Positions 55,091 to 63,172 of a stretch of 63,172 bases of DNA are shown here, one piece after another. Below the pieces are notes generated by a model. The model made no database searches and had not been told where the DNA came from. It saw nothing but the letters and a program-made list of their open reading frames with translations. Positions within the stretch are counted from its first letter, which is position 1. Each line of letters opens with the position of its first letter. The DNA comes from Candidatus Hydrogenedentota bacterium. GTDB lineage: Bacteria > Hydrogenedentota > Hydrogenedentia > Hydrogenedentales > CAIZGN01. The position numbers and the translations under genes are program-made. The stretch is from contig CAIZGN010000056.1 of NCBI GenBank assembly GCA_903932505.1, positions 1 to 63,172 on the forward strand, read 5' to 3'.

Positions 55091-55184
55091 CAAAAAGGGG
55101 AATGGCCCACAACACCACGGAAGGTGCTCGAGTGCACCCAAAAGACTCCCCAAGACGCCTTTGTGCGAACAATAGACGCAACCC

Positions 55185-55224
55185 TTGCGCAACGAATCGG
55201 GAACCTGCGCAGATTTTGCGCAAC
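55185..55224. promoter_or_regulatory. two copies of the palindrome TTGCGCAA(C): candidate enhancer (UAS) for the NtrC-family activator
   Basis: TTGCGCAAC at 55185-55193 and 55216-55224, 31 bp apart and about 100-140 bp upstream of the -24/-12 element. An imperfect relative TTGTGCGAACAA lies at 55161-55172. Confidence 0.35.
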
Positions 55225-55411
55225 ATAACAAAAGGGGACAAGGCGTTTACGGACGAATTTCCCAAGAAAACCCCCAAGATTTCGCTCGAGCCAGAATTCG
55301 CTGGCCAGCCTGCTGCAGTCGAATCAGCAGCTTTCGCTGAGTGCGTAACAGCGCCTGTATTGTCGGGAGGGCGCGTTTGGCCTCGGGCCGCTCGCCCTCC
55401 CCTTTGAAACA

Positions 55412-56791
55412 CTATCCCTCTGGGTCAATCGGGTATCCCTGCACCCGGTATTCCCGAAGTCGATAGGTCAGCGTTCTGCGGCTGATACCGAGCGCACGGG
55501 CGGCCGCAGTGCGATTGAAGGCGTGATCCCGCAAGGCCTGCAGAATGGCGGCGCGCTCGATGTTTTCCATGCGGTTGCCTTCTGCCATTTCCTGCGTGGC
55601 AGGCGCAGTGAGGTCCATCTGCTGGACGCGCCGTGGCAGATGCTCCTCAAGAATGACCTCGCCGCGCGCAAGCAGAATGGCGCGTTCAACCGCATTTCGA
55701 AGTTCACGCACGTTACCCGGCCAACCGTACTGTTCCATGCGGGCCATGGCCCCGGAGGAAAAGCGGGGTCGTCCACCAGTAATTTCAGCGGCAAACTGTT
55801 GTGCCAGCGGCATGATGTCCTCGGCACGGTTTCGCAGGGGTGGCACGAGAATCTCCATGACATTGAGTCGGTAGAACAGGTCATCGCGAAAACGTCCCGC
55901 CTCCACCTCGGCTTCCAGATCGCGGTTGGTGGCTGCCAAAACCCGGACACTCGTATGCAACTCTACATTCGACCCGATCCGGCTGAAGGTGCCGTCCTGA
56001 ATCACCCGCAACAACTTAGCCTGGAGCGACAACGGAATCTCGCCGATTTCATCGAGCAGAAGGGTGCCCTTGTCCGCCTCCTCAAAGCGGCCGACCCGTC
56101 GCGCTACCGCGCCGGTAAACGCGCCCTTTTCGTGGCCGAATAATTCGCTCTCCAGTAGATTCTCCGGAATCGCCGCGCAATTCACCTTGAGGAACGGGCC
56201 GTTCGCGCGGTTGCTCCATCGGTGGATGGTGTCGGCCACCACTTCCTTGCCGGTTCCGCTTTCGCCCGTGATGAGCAGCCGCGTGTCCGAAGGCGCGGCC
56301 AGTGCCGCCTCGTGAAAAACGAGCTGCATGGCCTCGCTGCGGGCCACCACATAGTCGGGCAGGGGCGGTAAGGCAAGTCCGGCCGGAATGGTCGCTCGGA
56401 CAATTCCCAGAGTGCGGCACACCGTGGCTAAAAGGTCATCAAGGTCGATCGGTTTTTCGAGATAGTCCACCGCGCCGCCCCGTATCGCTCCCACCGCATC
56501 GCGCACCTCGGCATAAGCCGTAACCAGCAGCACGGGCAAGCCGGGGAATTGTTCGTTGACCCTTTCCAGAAGTGCCAGACCTGACAATCCCTGCATGCGC
56601 ACATCGGAAATCAGCATGGCCGGTCCCACTTCCGGCAGCATCGCCAGTGCTTCCAATGCGGATGCGGCCTGCGTCACCCGGAAGCCTTGGCTCCCGAGGA
56701 AGGACTCGATCAACCCGCGCTGTCCCGCATCATCATCCACCACCAGAATGGCGTTGTTATTGTCGTTACGCACGTTCGACCTCCTCCGCAT
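55412..56791 (-). CDS. sigma-54-dependent response regulator (NtrC family: REC-AAA+-Fis HTH)
   Basis: 459 aa. ILVVDDD...MLISDVRMQGLSG. ITGESGTGKEVVA (Walker A), ESELFGHEKGAFTGA (GAFTGA), LLLDEIGE. C-terminal HTH AARALGISRRTLTYRL. Confidence 0.92.
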   Translation of the reverse strand: MRRRSNVRNDNNNAILVVDDDAGQRGLIESFLGSQGFRVTQAASALEALAMLPEVGPAMLISDVRMQGLSGLALLERVNEQFPGLPVLLVTAYAEVRDAVGAIRGGAVDYLEKPIDLDDLLATVCRTLGIVRATIPAGLALPPLPDYVVARSEAMQLVFHEAALAAPSDTRLLITGESGTGKEVVADTIHRWSNRANGPFLKVNCAAIPENLLESELFGHEKGAFTGAVARRVGRFEEADKGTLLLDEIGEIPLSLQAKLLRVIQDGTFSRIGSNVELHTSVRVLAATNRDLEAEVEAGRFRDDLFYRLNVMEILVPPLRNRAEDIMPLAQQFAAEITGGRPRFSSGAMARMEQYGWPGNVRELRNAVERAILLARGEVILEEHLPRRVQQMDLTAPATQEMAEGNRMENIERAAILQALRDHAFNRTAAARALGISRRTLTYRLREYRVQGYPIDPEG

Positions 56792-58538
56792 AACCAGCGG
56801 CCAGTTCTATGCCCTGCACCCGGAACACGGCCCCGGCATCGCACGGCACACAAGTCACTTCCCACCCGTGAACCGAGGCCAACTGCCGCACAATCGCCAG
56901 CCCGAGACCCGTCCCCTTTTCCGAGGCCGTGAAATAGGGACGAAATATGTCTTCGCGAATCTTTTCCGGCACGCCCGGCCCGTTGTCGCAAACGTCCAGA
57001 TGCGCCGTCACGCGCCGGTCGCGGACAATGCGCACCTCGATGGTGCCCCCGTCTGCCACCGCCTGTATGGCGTTGTGAATGAGGTTGAAGATGACCTGTC
57101 GCATCATGTTTTCATCGGCCACCACGGTGAGCGAAGGGCCATCGAACTTGAACGTCACGGATTTCTCTTCGCGATCACAAGCCAGCACCTCAAAAATGCT
57201 TCTCACCAGCTCGGTGAGGCTCAGCAGCTTGGGATGCGGTTGCGGAGGCCGCGCATAATCGAGAAACTGGTTCAGGCGACCGGTAATACGGTCCGCTTCC
57301 TCGGTAATCTTCAAGGCGGTGCCGCGCAATGCCTCGGGCAGGTCAGGCCCGCGCCCCATCATCTGCGCAAGACCCCGAATGAGGTTCAACGGGTTCTTGG
57401 TCTCATGCACCAGACCCGCTGCGGTGAGGTTCAGTTCTTCGAGGCGCAGCGAGTGTTCCTGGGATCGCACCAGCTGCACCCGGAGGTCGGCCGATCGATG
57501 AAATGAGCGCCACGCAAGACTCAGGGCCATACACGCCAGCAACGCGACCAGCGCCACCACCCCGCGAAGCCGGAAATCCGCATCCACTTCCATGTGAAGT
57601 GCCTTGGTCGGTATCGACAACAGAAACCAGTGCACACCCCGCTCCTGGATCAGCCCCTCATATTCCTTGCGGTTCATCCACGGCGGCTGGTCAGGTGGCG
57701 GACCGTGCGGCGGCATGGTCATCACCAGAATCTCATCCAGCAGGTTCCGATCCAGCGGGCGGTTGGCCAGGGTTCTGCGCAGGGTTTCCACGCGATGCGA
57801 CCCGATAAGCTCCGGCGGGAAAAAGGCGAGGATGCTGTCCACCTGTTCCGGTCGAAGCGGCTTGCCGTCCATCATCCCGAGCAGTGCCTGCCGTTTGGGT
57901 TCCGTGACCGGCGAGCTGGAAAATGGACTGCGCGCATACTCCTCCGGGGTGGCCGTCATGAAAAATTGCACGGGGTCGCGCGGGGGGCGCGATGGCCCAC
58001 GGTCGAATTCTTCAGGCGGAGGCGGACGGTCTTCCTCGCCCTGACGCCCACGGGGTTGGCGATGATCAGGGGGCCCCATCCCTTCGCGACCTTCCGGTGC
58101 GCCGCCTTCCACGGACAAGAGAATGGGCATGTCGGTGCCGGGGCCGAGCGCCACCAAATTGGCGAAAGAGGCCTCGTCTCTTCCCCAGACTTCCCGCATC
58201 CGAAGCAGGGTGTTCTTGTCCACGGTCATGGGCTGGCCTGCGGTTGCCGCCGTTTCACCCGCCGCATTCAACAGGGTCACAGACACCAAATCGGTAGAGG
58301 CCACCAAGTCTGAAAGCGCCGACTCCAGACGGGCCCGGGGCACCATGGCCACCCGTCCCTGCGAACGTACCAGCACGCTGAGGGACGCGGAGATGTCGTT
58401 GGCCCGATCCGCCAAACCCCTTTTCGCCGCCTCCCGCACGCGCTGATGTTCCAGCGCCTGCCAGGCCAGAAGCGCCAGCCAGGCCAGCGCCAGTGTCGTG
58501 TACAACATCAAACTTCGTCGCATCTTCTTTCCAATCAT
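56766..58538 (-). CDS. sensor histidine kinase (NtrB-like output) with large Pro-rich periplasmic region
   Basis: 590 aa with two TM segments. H-box GLVHETKNPLNLIRG. ATPase boxes IFNLIHNAIQA, VCDNGPGVPEK and GTGLGLAIV. Overlaps the regulator gene start by 26 nt. Confidence 0.85.
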   Translation of the reverse strand: MIGKKMRRSLMLYTTLALAWLALLAWQALEHQRVREAAKRGLADRANDISASLSVLVRSQGRVAMVPRARLESALSDLVASTDLVSVTLLNAAGETAATAGQPMTVDKNTLLRMREVWGRDEASFANLVALGPGTDMPILLSVEGGAPEGREGMGPPDHRQPRGRQGEEDRPPPPEEFDRGPSRPPRDPVQFFMTATPEEYARSPFSSSPVTEPKRQALLGMMDGKPLRPEQVDSILAFFPPELIGSHRVETLRRTLANRPLDRNLLDEILVMTMPPHGPPPDQPPWMNRKEYEGLIQERGVHWFLLSIPTKALHMEVDADFRLRGVVALVALLACMALSLAWRSFHRSADLRVQLVRSQEHSLRLEELNLTAAGLVHETKNPLNLIRGLAQMMGRGPDLPEALRGTALKITEEADRITGRLNQFLDYARPPQPHPKLLSLTELVRSIFEVLACDREEKSVTFKFDGPSLTVVADENMMRQVIFNLIHNAIQAVADGGTIEVRIVRDRRVTAHLDVCDNGPGVPEKIREDIFRPYFTASEKGTGLGLAIVRQLASVHGWEVTCVPCDAGAVFRVQGIELAAGYAEEVERA

Positions 58539-58658
58539 TCATTAAATCATGGAACCTGAAAGCCGCACGCATTATAAGCGAATTCCACGGAAGCGGTTAT
58601 GCGGCGGCAGCCCGGGGAAGTTCTCGGGCTGCCGCCTCCAAGGCTGCGGATTCATCGA

Positions 58659-59375
58659 CTACTCTTGCGGAGGTCCATGTCGTTCCGGTCCGCCCGGGCC
58701 ACCGGGACCACCGTGTTCACCAGGCCCGCCAGGGCCGTGGGGTCCACCAGGGCCACCCGGTCCCGGCTCAAGGGCTTTTTGCAGCTCTTCCGCAGACAGT
58801 GTGCCATTGGCATCCGTGTCGAAACGCTTGAACAGTTTCAGATTGGCCTGGGTCATTCCGGCCACGAACTCTTCCTGAGACACTTGACCGTCTTTGTTAG
58901 TGTCAAGCTCTTCCTTGGAAGGCAGCGGGGGTTTCGGACCCCGGCCCGGGCCTTCACCGGGGCCGCCACGGCGACCTTCACCCGGCCCCCGCTGCCCACG
59001 ACCCATATCCGGTCGGGCAGGACGCTCTTCCTTGCTGATCACGCCATCGGCGTTTGCATCCAGATGCGTGAACATCGTCTTGATCGTCTTGTTCCATGCG
59101 GCAGTGAACTCTTCCACCGTCACATTACCGTCCTGATTGGTATCGGCCTCTTCCAGAGAGGGCGGGGGCGCCATCATGCCGGGGCCACCGCCTGGCCCGC
59201 CGGGTCCGCCACCCGGGCCACCAAAGGGTGGAGGCGGAGGCATCATTCCCTGACCGCCACCTCCGGGCGGGGGCGGCGGGGGACCACCGGGGCCTTCCTG
59301 CGCCCAAACCGGACACGCGGCCAGCAGAAGTACCAACACGGCGGCACCACAGAAAATACGGAACTTTGTTTTCAT
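58659..59375 (-). CDS. secreted 4x EF-hand calcium-binding protein with Gly/Pro-rich low-complexity arms
   Basis: Start ATG 59375 with AGGAG upstream. Signal peptide MKTKFRIFCGAAVLVLLLAACPVWA. EF loops DTNQDGNVTVEE, DANADGVISKEE, DTNKDGQVSQEE and DTDANGTLSAEE. Flanked by GGPGGP-type runs. Confidence 0.8.
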   Translation of the reverse strand: MKTKFRIFCGAAVLVLLLAACPVWAQEGPGGPPPPPPGGGGQGMMPPPPPFGGPGGGPGGPGGGPGMMAPPPSLEEADTNQDGNVTVEEFTAAWNKTIKTMFTHLDANADGVISKEERPARPDMGRGQRGPGEGRRGGPGEGPGRGPKPPLPSKEELDTNKDGQVSQEEFVAGMTQANLKLFKRFDTDANGTLSAEELQKALEPGPGGPGGPHGPGGPGEHGGPGGPGGPERHGPPQE

Positions 59376-59452
59376 GGTTCGAACTCCTCTCGTTTCCCTT
59401 CTTGCTCCATGAGCGCTGCTGGCGGGTTGCCTGCGCGTTCTGCCTAGTGAAT

Positions 59453-59468
59453 AGCAAGGACGATGCCA
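59453..59468 (-). promoter_or_regulatory. sigma-54 (-24/-12) promoter upstream of the EF-hand gene
   Basis: The minus strand reads TGGCATCGTCCTTGCT, against consensus TGGCACG-N4-TTGCW with exact spacing. The -12 element lies about 78 nt upstream of ATG 59375. Confidence 0.55.
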
Positions 59469-59557
59469 AGTGCAAGAGAGTTCCATTCCATGAAAATCAC
59501 CCCGAAAACCAACCTCACCGGGATTCGCAGAGCAATTCCTGCCCAAAAAACAAATCG

Positions 59558-59580
59558 CCCCGCGCAAGATTTGCGCGGGG
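59558..59580 (-). terminator. hairpin CCCCGCGCAA-GAT-TTGCGCGGGG: terminator of the small upstream ORF and/or activator binding site
   Basis: 10-bp stem with a 3-nt loop. On the minus strand it is followed, after 7 nt, by T6 (plus-strand A6 at 59545-59550). A second hairpin AAGAGCC-TTCC-GGGCTCTT lies at about 59589-59606. The stem contains the GCGCAA/TTGCGC half-sites seen upstream of macA, about 100 bp upstream of the sigma-54 promoter at 59453-59468. Confidence 0.4.
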
Positions 59581-59650
59581 GTTCGCGGAAGAGCCTTCCG
59601 GGCTCTTGCGCCCTGCCTGTTAGTCACAAGCAGTGAGACGCATTGACCGC

Positions 59651-59908
59651 CTAAGGCCGGGCTTTACGAGCCACAAACGCCTTCGGCCGGGAACCGCTGT
59701 CAATCAGCGAGATCCGCAGATTGTCCTTGCTGTCCGTGGACAGATAGAGCGCCATTCGGGTGTTGGCATTCTGCCACTCTCCCCGAACGTTCACCGCGTC
59801 ATCCACGTCATCGCTGTCGCAGAATTCCCACAGTGCGGGACGCTTGACCGCATTGGGCTGCCGGTCACTCGCCACGCCGGGGGCGGTATCAATTTCGATT
59901 GGTTTCAT
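59651..59908 (-). CDS. small hypothetical protein (85 aa)
   Basis: ATG 59908 preceded by a good SD (CAAGGAGAACTCT). Acidic, with no recognisable motif. A hairpin terminator lies downstream. Confidence 0.4.
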   Translation of the reverse strand: MKPIEIDTAPGVASDRQPNAVKRPALWEFCDSDDVDDAVNVRGEWQNANTRMALYLSTDSKDNLRISLIDSGSRPKAFVARKARP

Positions 59909-60220
59909 AGAGTTCTCCTTGTGTTATGTGTTGCGCAACTGGGACAACGCGAATACGTTACCCGTTGCACGCTTGAAAAAAGAGCGACTTGCACCCTTGG
60001 GGTGTTTCCGTGGGCAAGAAAGGTCAAACAAATAGAACCAGCAAGCAGGTTGATTTCAAGGGCGAAATAGCCCAAGAGATGATCATGCGCACCCGGAAAA
60101 TCCAGAAGTCGTGCCCTGCAAGCCCCTGAGGAACGGAACACATCATGTCCCGAATTGATGGTGCATTGTATCATGAAACATAGTTTGGCGCAAAAATGTT
60201 TCCATTTGATTAGGAAATCC

Positions 60221-60261
60221 AAAAAAAACAATTGAGGCTCTCGCCACCCTTCAAGTGGCGA
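60221..60261 (-). terminator. possible rho-independent terminator after the CocE/NonD-family gene
   Basis: The minus strand reads TCGCCAC-TTGAAGG-GTGGCGA, followed after 12 nt by T8 (plus-strand A8 at 60221-60228). Confidence 0.4.
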
Positions 60262-60302
60262 ACGGCAAGGCAGCCGGCGATTTTCGCTGGGGTTTGGGGT
60301 GC

Positions 60303-61925
60303 TTAGTCTTTTTTCTTTATTGGCAGGAGGAGTGCGCTCGTCTGATGTGTTGACATGTGGACGGTGTTGTGGGCCGTGCGGGATGGGGGTGTTTGGGTGG
60401 GGAATTCTTGGCCGTTATTTGGGTTGATTTCAAATCTTGGGAAGTTGCTGCTGGAGAGTTGGAGGCCGATTTTGTGGTTGGTATTGAAGATCCAGCTGAT
60501 GGGGCCTAGGTCAATTCTCAGGCGCACAATTTCGCCGGGATTGAGGGGGGCGGCGGGATGTTCGGCCCCGTCGCGGTATTTGGCGCGGACTATGTTGTCC
60601 AGCATAAGTATTTCGCGGGATTCGGGTGCGGGGTAGATGTCGACCACTTTAGCCGTGAAGTCGGTGTCGGGCGCATCGGTGGAGACGTAGAGTTCGACGG
60701 TGAAGTTGCCGGTGGTCTCGAGGGGTGCGGTGAGAGGCGGGGTGGTGAAGTTAAGGACGTCGGGTCGGGAACTAACGGGGCGTTGGTCGTAGGGGCCGTA
60801 GGCGATGGACAGGTTTTCGCCGCCGAGGGTGGGGACGGGGTTCTTGGGGTCATAGTCGAAGACGCGGTGGGCGTCTTTCTCGTTAGGGGCGGCGGTGGAG
60901 AGTTGGCCGTCGGGGTGGAGATAGTAGGGCGTGGCGGTGGTAGGGAAGGGTGGCCAAGTGTCGGCGGTGCGCCATTCCCAGCCGGGGCCCTCGAAGTGGG
61001 TGTCGTCACCAACGGTATAGTAATTAACGGCGGGTTCTTTCATGATTCCGTTATCGGTGCCGAGAACCCAATGCTGCACGAAGCGGTTACGATAGGGGGT
61101 GACGTGGAAGGCTTCAAAGTTTTCAGGGAACTTCAGGTCTTGCGCACCCCAAGGGCCGTGGGCGGCGGGACGCATGATGAGTTTCTGGTTACCCTTGGCA
61201 CCGTCGCCTCCTTGGAATTGGCGGCGCAGAAAGTGCTCGATGGTGCCGCTGGCAAAGATGTCCCACCATCCGCCGACATGGAGCGCGGGGGCGTGAATGT
61301 CTGCGGCACGGTCATCGGCATTGTAGTTTTTCCAGTAGGGGCTTCCGGGGATCTGGGTCTTCCAGATATTGGCGTATTCGGGGACACCAACCGCCTTCAG
61401 CCAGTCCTCGCAAAGGGATTTGCCAAAGACGCCTCCCTGATAGGCGGTGAAGCGGGCGAAGTCCCCGCAGGCAACCTCGATAACCTGGCAGGACAGGGCG
61501 GGCGTCATGGGCGAGAGCAGTGCCTGGGTGAGGCCGGGGGCGGATCCACCGACAGTGGCGATTTTTCCGTTGCACCAAGGTTGTTTGAGAATCCACTGAA
61601 CGGTGTCGAGTCCGTCTTGGTGCGTGCCCCAACCTTCGTCGGCGAAGGGGTGGTAGTCGCCTTCGCTTTTGTAGCGTCCACGCACGTTCTGGTCGACAAA
61701 GACCATCCCCTGCTCCGTCCATCCGTTTCCAGAAGCAGCGAGGGGATAGGGGGTGCGTTCGAGAATAACGGGAAAGGGGGCTTGTCCTTGGTCGGGGGTG
61801 AAGAGGGAGGCGGAGAGTTGAGTGCCGTCGGACATGGGGATCTGGATTTGCTGGGTGGTTTCGGCGGAGAGGAGATCGGGGATGAGGCACAGGGCAATGA
61901 GCAGGGCGTGTCGTATGGCGCGCAT
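60303..61925 (-). CDS. CocE/NonD-family hydrolase (X-Pro dipeptidyl-peptidase S15-like)
   Basis: 540 aa. Signal-like MRAIRHALLIALCLIPDLLSA. IPMSDGTQLSASLFTP...FPVILERTPY...VFVDQNVRGRYKSEG...WCNGKIATVGGSAPG (nucleophile elbow), with a C-terminal beta-sandwich. Confidence 0.8.
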   Translation of the reverse strand: MRAIRHALLIALCLIPDLLSAETTQQIQIPMSDGTQLSASLFTPDQGQAPFPVILERTPYPLAASGNGWTEQGMVFVDQNVRGRYKSEGDYHPFADEGWGTHQDGLDTVQWILKQPWCNGKIATVGGSAPGLTQALLSPMTPALSCQVIEVACGDFARFTAYQGGVFGKSLCEDWLKAVGVPEYANIWKTQIPGSPYWKNYNADDRAADIHAPALHVGGWWDIFASGTIEHFLRRQFQGGDGAKGNQKLIMRPAAHGPWGAQDLKFPENFEAFHVTPYRNRFVQHWVLGTDNGIMKEPAVNYYTVGDDTHFEGPGWEWRTADTWPPFPTTATPYYLHPDGQLSTAAPNEKDAHRVFDYDPKNPVPTLGGENLSIAYGPYDQRPVSSRPDVLNFTTPPLTAPLETTGNFTVELYVSTDAPDTDFTAKVVDIYPAPESREILMLDNIVRAKYRDGAEHPAAPLNPGEIVRLRIDLGPISWIFNTNHKIGLQLSSSNFPRFEINPNNGQEFPTQTPPSRTAHNTVHMSTHQTSALLLPIKKKD

Positions 61926-62106
61926 GGGGAATCCTCCGGGCTGTCGTATTGGGTTTGACTATAAGGGAAAGGCAGGGGTGCAGGCAAGATGCCTGCGTTT
62001 CGGGGGCGCGTGGGGCCGGGTTCGTATGGTATACTTTGCGGGCGTTTTTTGTTGTAGTGCCGGAATGGTCCGGCAAGAATGAGTATCAGCCTTCGGAGAT
62101 CCGGTT

Positions 62107-62727
62107 ATGCACACGCTCGCAAAGTTTTACAATGAATCTCAATCGGTGGCGGACTATGTGGGCAAGTATTGCTCGCGCATGTCTGAACTGCTGGCGGCTT
62201 TGGACACTGCGGCGGTGGAGCAGATTATGGAGTATATCGACCGGGCGAGCCGAGAGGATCGTGCAGTATTTTTCATCGCAAACGGCGGAAGCGCCGCGAT
62301 TGCCTCGCATTGGGTGAACGATCTGGTTGCCGGTTCTTATGTGGAAGGGCAGCCGCCGTTTCGGGCGTATGCGCTGGCCGATAATGTGGCGTCGGTGACG
62401 GCTCTTGGTAATGACGCCGGTTTTGTGCATATTTTCGAGCATCAACTGCGGGTGGACATGCGCCCGGGCGATGTCGTGCTGGCAATGTCCGTGAGCGGGA
62501 ACAGCGAGAACATTATCCGTGCGGTGCAGTATGCGCATGCGAATGGCGCGAAGACCATCGGTGTTTGCGGGTTTGACGGTGGACGCTTGAAGGGGATGTG
62601 CGATGTGACGCTGCATATTCCGACAACGGCGGATGAGTACGGGCCGGTGGAGGATATTTTCGGAGTCGTGGATCACCTGGTGACGGGATATCTCACGATG
62701 AAGCGCGGAAAGTATTTGCATCACTAG
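62107..62727 (+). CDS. SIS-domain protein (GmhA/DiaA-like sugar-phosphate isomerase fold)
   Basis: 206 aa. VFFIANGGSAAIASHWVNDL, VVLAMSVSGNSENIIRAVQYAHANGAKTIGVCGFDGG. Confidence 0.7.
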   Translation: MHTLAKFYNESQSVADYVGKYCSRMSELLAALDTAAVEQIMEYIDRASREDRAVFFIANGGSAAIASHWVNDLVAGSYVEGQPPFRAYALADNVASVTALGNDAGFVHIFEHQLRVDMRPGDVVLAMSVSGNSENIIRAVQYAHANGAKTIGVCGFDGGRLKGMCDVTLHIPTTADEYGPVEDIFGVVDHLVTGYLTMKRGKYLHH

Positions 62728-62776
62728 CGTGAAGAACCCGGGACGCTCTCGTTCCCCCAAAGATTGAGTGTAAGCA

Positions 62777-63172
62777 TTGAAAAAGACATTGCGCGTTATC
62801 CTGGGGTTGGTGTCGCTGGTGCTGGTATTGGCGCTTGGTGCAGCTTGGTATTACATGATCTGGGACGGACGCGCACCCGCAAAGCGGCCGGATTTGGTGC
62901 GATTACCGCAGATGTCCGTACAACCACCCGCTGGTTATCCCACGGAAAATGCACTCATGCTCGCTTTTGCTATGGGGCGGCTGAAATTGATTGATCGGGA
63001 AAACATTCCGGTTCCAGATGCGGTGACCGAGGAGTTGGGCATCGAGTATGGACGGGTGGGCGACAAGTCATTGCAACTGGATTTGTACCGTCCAAGCGAA
63101 AGTGCGAAACCGCTGCCGGGCTTGATCTTTATTCATGGCGGGGGCTGGAAGGCGGGGGATCGCAGCGACTAT
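62777..63172 (+). CDS. alpha/beta hydrolase (esterase/lipase-type, HGGG oxyanion motif), 3' end outside window
   Basis: Frame open from TTG 62777 (an in-frame TAA lies at 62771) to the right edge. My translation is LKKTLRVILGLVSLVLVLALGAAWYY (TM/signal) ...LQLDLYRPSESAKPLPGLIFIHGGGWKAGDRSDY. It is not in the ORF track because it has no stop in the window. Confidence 0.6.
   Translation, partial: MKKTLRVILGLVSLVLVLALGAAWYYMIWDGRAPAKRPDLVRLPQMSVQPPAGYPTENALMLAFAMGRLKLIDRENIPVPDAVTEELGIEYGRVGDKSLQLDLYRPSESAKPLPGLIFIHGGGWKAGDRSDY

Noticed and set aside
55038-55412. Long 580-aa version of the MacA-like gene
   Set aside because: The extension is low-complexity and would cover the sigma-54 promoter and palindromes. 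ATG 55037 gives the expected N-terminal TM anchor.
58659-59375. GGN/CCN-rich runs, considered as a collagen-like gene or a non-coding microsatellite
   Set aside because: The runs are irregular (GPGGP, PPPPP, GGGG), not Gly-X-Y triplets. They lie in frame around four canonical EF-hand loops behind a signal peptide, so this is low-complexity coding sequence.
59376-59627. Long 322-aa version of the EF-hand gene
   Set aside because: The extension has no coding character and spans the predicted -24/-12 element. ATG 59375 has a strong AGGAG and yields a proper signal peptide.
60558-61958. 466-aa plus-strand ORF
   Set aside because: It is antisense to the CocE/NonD-family hydrolase, which has a signal peptide and a GGSAPG nucleophile elbow. 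The plus-strand translation is G/V/E-rich junk.

Overview
High-GC bacterial chromosomal window, about 63 kb and densely coding. The gene content hints at a PVC-superphylum-like organism: many sulfatase-like genes, a giant secreted protein with CxxCH motifs and an FGE-type domain, and sigma-54 regulation. This taxonomic guess is inference only. Backbone genes that I recognise with confidence are secA, gatC-gatA-gatB-rsfS, dhaK/dhaL with an LsrF-type aldolase, cysE with a Zn-alcohol dehydrogenase, two PAS sensor kinases, an NtrB/NtrC-type two-component pair, and a MacAB-type efflux operon. The stand-out region is an AT-richer segment of about 7.9 kb (roughly 15.7-23.6 kb) lying just after the gatCAB-rsfS-kinase block. 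It carries two very large genes whose stop and start overlap in ATGA. The first is a Swt1-like HEPN domain fused to an SNF2 helicase (15834..19433). The second is a sacsin-like GHKL (Bergerat-fold) ATPase with four to five internal repeats of about 113 aa and a C-terminal zinc ribbon (19430..23197). A frameshifted remnant of a DUF1016/YhcG-type nuclease gene follows. I do not recognise this pair as any named defence system and propose it as a candidate undescribed defence or nucleic-acid surveillance module. Other observations: (1) a modular nested-hairpin REP-like repeat in four intergenic copies, one with compensatory stem substitutions; (2) two near-consensus sigma-54 promoters with TTGCGCAA-type palindromes about 100 bp upstream, which tie a secreted 4x EF-hand Gly/Pro-rich protein, the NtrBC-like pair and the macAB operon into one putative regulon; (3) a 951-aa coiled-coil protein with 168-bp tandem coding repeats, probably co-transcribed with a PAS-HATPase-REC protein that lacks a recognisable His-phosphotransfer domain; (4) a dhaKL / LsrF-like aldolase / Tat-signal cupin / VOC operon. 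No rRNA, tRNA, CRISPR array, transposase or integrase was seen. Many long ORFs in the supplied track are antisense shadow ORFs typical of high-GC DNA and were rejected.
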